Positions 59,647 through 64,000 of a DNA stretch of 64,000 nt are shown here, in pieces. Below the pieces are notes generated by a model. That model worked only from the letters and a program-made list of their open reading frames with translations, did not search any database and had not been told where the DNA came from. The DNA is taken from NCBI RefSeq assembly GCF_902713615.1, contig NW_024056036.1, positions 248,001 through 312,000 of the forward strand, given 5' to 3'. A program made the position numbers and the translations under genes. This DNA is from Scyliorhinus canicula (taxonomy: Eukaryota). Position 1 is the stretch's first letter; each line of letters begins with the position of its first letter.

Positions 59647-60989
59647 TTAAACCATCACCTAATGCACTGGCAGAGTTAGACATAACCGTGTTCTCACAGT
59701 ATCGCCACGATGGTAATGGTGGGCACTCATAGGAGAAAGCCCACCCAATCATACAACACTCATCTGGTTAAGAAGAACTACTAAAATCGCTGCAAACACG
59801 TATTGACCGTTCGTGTAGGTGTGCATATGAAACATTTTTCTTATTTTTTGCAACTCCAATCAATCAAGATGTAATGTTATCTTCTGAATTATTTGGTTCA
59901 CTTTTCGATGTCTTCATATGTCCCTGTCCTAAGCTCTGGTATTCATTCCCTACTTGTTGAAGAAATTAATAGTCAGCACTTCGAGTTTTCGCCAAAGGTT
60001 CTTTATTTAACACGAAGTTCGTGGGGGGATTAGATAGACCACAGTCATTCCAAAAGTCCCCGCTTTACAGAGGTAAGGCAAGCAATTTATAAGTTATAGT
60101 AAGCAATATCTTGGACAAAATGCATTCTTTAGATTTGCAAAAAGGGAGAAAAGCGAGCAGGCCGGAGTTGAGTTTAAATACAGGCCTTGAGTTCCTCGCC
60201 TAAGAAAAATAATAATTGTCTGCTGTCAGCAAAACAGTGTGCAGCTGTATGCTTGTTTACACTGACTGCTTCATACAGAACTTCTTGACTAAAAATAAGG
60301 CTAAATATCCATCATGCTTTGCCATGTGCCTATTTACATGAGATATAGTCGAGCAGCCAGTTGAAATGAATACAGAGTATTCAGGCAACTAATCCGCCAA
60401 CTAAAGTCCCTTCAACAGTACTCCTCTTTACCTCAATTCCCTTATTAAAATCATCCCATAACCAGCCAGGTCGACCACGTTTTTAATAGTATGGCCTATT
60501 AACTCTTTATACATATATTAATCCAGACCCTGAGAAGGAATGACTGCAATAGACCCTGCCTCAGTTTAATATTCTAGATACTGTATGAATAATCACTGCT
60601 TTAGGTCCTATCTCATTGAAGGTTAATCAAACTTTGTAGGAGTAAGCGCTCCACTAGAACCTGTCTCTGTTTATGGTAATCGAGACCCTGGATCAGCAAT
60701 CACTGCACGAGATGCAATCTGAATTTAAGTTAATCTACACCCTGCATTAGTGATCATTGCTTTAGACCCTGTCATAGGGTCATGGAGTCTGAGTGTTTTA
60801 CAGTAAAAAAGACGCCTTTCCACCCACCATATCTGCGACGGCAATCAAGCCGTCCATAGATGGTCTTCCTACCATAAAATCATAAGAGATAGGAGCGGAA
60901 CCCGGCCTTTCAGTCCATCGAGTGTGCTCCGCATTCAATCGTGACTGTTATGTTTCTAATCCCCATTTTCCTGCCTTCTCCCCACAATC

Positions 60990-63300
60990 CCTGATCCCCT
61001 TATTAATCAAGAACCTGTCTATCTCTATCTTAAAGACACTCAGTGATTTGGCCTCCACAGCCTTCTGCGGGAATGAGGTCCACAGATTCAAGACCCTCTG
61101 GCTGAATAAATTGCTCCTCTTCTCAGTTTTGAAGGATTCCCTTAAATCTGAGGCTGTGCCCTCGGGTTCTAGTTTCACCTACTGGGTCTCTCGCTTTTCT
61201 GTAAGTTTCAATGAGACCCCCCCCCCGCTCCCCCTCTCCGCCAACCCCACCACCCGCGCCCCACCCCCCACAGCACCTCATCCTTCTAAACTCTATCCTG
61301 CACAGACCCAGAGTCCTCAACTGCTCTTTTTATGAAAAGTCCGTCATTCCGAGGATCAGACTTGTGAATCTTCTCTGGAGCTTCTCCAAGGCCAGCACAT
61401 CCTTCCTTAGAAAAGGGGACCAAAACTGCTCACAATATTCCAGATGGGTCTGACCTTATAGAGCCTCAACACATCCCTGTTCCTGAAATCTAGCCCTCGC
61501 AACAGGAATGCTAAAATTGCATTTGCCTTCCTTGCTGCGAACTGATCCTTCAAGTTAACCTTAAGAGAATCCTCAACTAGAATTCGGAAGTCCATTTGAG
61601 CTTCTGATTTCCTAAGCCCTACCCCAATTAGAAAATACTCTATGTTTCCTCCAAAGTGCGGAACCTCAAACATTTCTACATTGTATTCTATTTGCTACTT
61701 CTTTGCCCACTTTCTTGGCCTGACCAGGTCTTTCTGCAGCCTCTCTGCTTCCTCAGCACAACCTATTCCTCTACGTATCTTTGCATCGTCTGAAAACGTA
61801 GCATCAGTGCCCCCAGTTCAAAAGTAATAATAAAAATCTTTATTAGCTGTTACATTACATTAGCTTTTAAAGGCTTTCGTATCCTCTGGCATCCCATTAA
61901 TCTTCGCCACATTGTCTGTTTATTCCTTTGCTTTTCTGCTGTCCTTGATTTCCCTTGTCAACCGTGGATGCTCTGTCCTCTGCTTCCCATGTTTCCTCCT
62001 CATTGGGATTAATTTATGCAGTGCCTCGCGAATAGTCCCCAAAACGTCCTGCCACTGTTGTTCCACTGTCTTCCCTGCTCAGTTCATTTTTTTTTTTAAA
62101 TTTAGATTAGCCAATTATTTTTTCCAATTTAGGGGCAATTTAGCGTGGCAAATCCACCTACTCTGCACATTTTTGGGTTTTGGGGGCGAAACCCACGCAG
62201 GCACGGGGAGAACGTGCAAACTCCACACGGACAGTGACCCAGAGCCGGGATCGAACTTGGGACCTCAGCGCCGTGAGGCGGTTGTGCTAACCACTAGGCC
62301 ACCGTGCTGCCCGCTCAGTTCCCTTTTAATCAACTCTGGCCAGCTCCTCCCTTTATCTTTGTAGTTAACTTTATTCAATTGTAATACTGTTACATTTGAC
62401 TCCAGATTCGACCTCCAAACTCCAGGATGAATTCTATCATATTGTGGTCACTGCCCCGTGAGGGTTTCTTCTCCTTCAGTTCCCTACTCAAGTCGACCTC
62501 ATTACACATCAGCAAATGCAGAATTGCCTGTTCTCGACTGACCTCTATCACAAGCTGCTCCAAAAAAACTTTTCATCGATATTCCACAAATTCCATTTCT
62601 TGGGATCTGCTACCAACCTGCCTTTCCCTATTCTCCTGCATATTGAAGTCCCCCATGATTATAAATATTGCCTCCCTTATATGCGTTTTTACATCTCCTG
62701 ATTTATTTTGTGCCCCACATTCTGACTATGGCTAGGGGCTGTACGTAACTCTCATCAGTGTATTTTTTCCTTTGCGATTCGTCAACTCTGCCCACAGGGA
62801 TTCTACGCCTTCTTGTCTTAAATTGCTTCTTGCTATTGAGTTAATTTCATTCCTTACTCACAATGCAACCCCGCCCCCTTTTCCCATCTGCCTGTCCTTT
62901 CGATAGGACAGATATCCTTGGATATTTAGATTCCAGCACTGATCCCCTCGCAGCCAAGTCCCTGTGGTGTCCACAACATCGTACCGGCCAATTACAATGT
63001 GCACAATTAGTTCATTTACCTTGTTCCGTATACTGCGCACATTCAGGTACAACACCCGCAGCTCTGCGTTGACCACCCCTTCTCATCGTTCTCCAGTTTT
63101 CTGCTGTGCCTGAAGTTGCATACCTGCCACTTTCCACACTCCCTACTCTAGTACGTGTTCTGGAAACTTTACTAACCTCCCTGAGCCCTCGGCCCCTTTT
63201 ACTCGGTCAATATCCTGACCATTAACCTGCACTCTCACCTTCTCTTTAACTTTGGTTTTCTAATTTTTCATACAAACGACCCCTCCCCCCCAAAAAAATT
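60990..63300 (-). mobile_element. Degenerate, internally deleted CR1 (3' end to endonuclease domain), interrupted by a SINE
   Basis: Minus ORF 62858-63076 LRVLYLNVRSIRNKVNEL...YRKDRQMGKGGGVAL; minus-strand 3'UTR at 60990-61200. Confidence 0.8.
62086..62312 (-). mobile_element. HE1-like V-SINE with TSD
   Basis: 9-bp TSD gctcagttc at 62077-85 and 62313-21. Confidence 0.9.
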
Positions 63301-63439
63301 GTTTTAAAGCATCTCTTCTCAGCATTGAATTTTATCTGCCATCTATCTGCCTGTGTACATGAAGAAGTCAGCCACCTGTTGGAGCCAGGCTGGACACACC
63401 CTTGTTACAACACCAGAGGTGGCAGGACTGTCAGACGAG

Positions 63440-63880
63440 GAGAGAATGAATACATAAGGATTGTTTTCGCTGGAGTTCAGAAGAATGAGTGGGGATCTCA
63501 TAGAGACTTATAAAATTCTAACAGGATCGACAGTGTAGATGCAGGGAAGATGTTCCCAATGATGGGTGTGTCCAGAACCAGGGGCCATAGTCTGAGGATT
63601 CAGGATTCATTTCGGTCAGAGATGAGGAGACATTTCTTCACCCAAAGATTGGTGAGCCTGTGGAATTCATTAGCACAGGAAATAGTTGATCCTAAAACAT
63701 TGAATATGTTCTAGAGGCGGCTAGATATAGCACTTGGGGAGAATGGGATCAAATGCTTTGGGGAGAAAGCTGGATTAGTCTATTGAATTGGATGATCAGC
63801 CCTGATCGTGATAAATGACGGAGCAGGCTCGAAGGGCCAAAAGGCCTCCTCCTGCTCCTAACTTCTATGTATCTATGTAT
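63440..63880 (+). mobile_element. CR1 3' end
   Basis: gagatgaggagacatttcttcacccaaag...gaagggccaaaaggcctcctcctgctcc and tatg tail. Confidence 0.8.
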
Positions 63881-64000
63881 GTAATCCTCTTCCCTGTTTA
63901 CTACATTGTCAATTTGGGAGACAAATGCAACTTTTCAATTCATATCCTGTAAACCCGAGTCCCGAATCCTGTGTATTAATATAACAGAAAAAGCAGTGCT

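Larger units (their letters stand above)
52205..61000. repeat. Right arm of the segmental repeat (about 1.7 tandem units, period ~5.4 kb), inverted relative to 1-5050
   Basis: cattgcaat.tgccctggtggaat at 52227 and 57608; 52205-53570 matches 57585-59160; 54380-55420 matches 59650-60900; reverse-complement matches to the left arm. Confidence 0.88.

Noticed and set aside
38020-64000. Additional constant exons (IgW/IgD-like) or a second V/D/J set downstream
   Set aside because: I found no Ig-domain Cys/Trp patterns or RSS pairs by eye or in the ORF track; short degenerate exons could have been missed.

Overview
Eukaryotic (cartilaginous fish, shark-type) genomic DNA, identified by eye without database searches. 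The core is one complete, unrearranged and apparently intact immunoglobulin heavy-chain IgM cluster on the + strand: leader (15013-15058), VH (15187-15491), D1, D2, JH with 23 / 12-22 / 12-12 / 23 RSS spacers, a 13.7-kb J-C intron, CH1-CH4 with secretory tail (30441-34575), and TM1/TM2 (37744-38020). The rest is mostly retroelements (CR1, L1, Rex1/Babar, Penelope with hammerhead ribozyme cores, tRNA-derived V-SINE/HE1-type SINEs), simple repeats and minisatellites. Most ORFs in the supplied track are repeat or retroelement artefacts. The main candidate novelty is a ~2.4-2.7 kb array of 39-bp, strongly G-skewed, AGCT/WGCW-rich repeats (GAGCTGGGG...) just upstream of CH1. In position, strand bias and motif content it resembles a tetrapod class-switch (S-mu) region, which sharks are generally reported to lack. 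Upstream of it lie an opposite-skew C-rich array, a 7x65-bp E-box array and two antisense hammerhead cores. The whole cluster is also bracketed by inverted copies of a multi-kb tandem segmental repeat. Ig exon, RSS and target-site-duplication coordinates are base-exact as read; other repeat boundaries are approximate.
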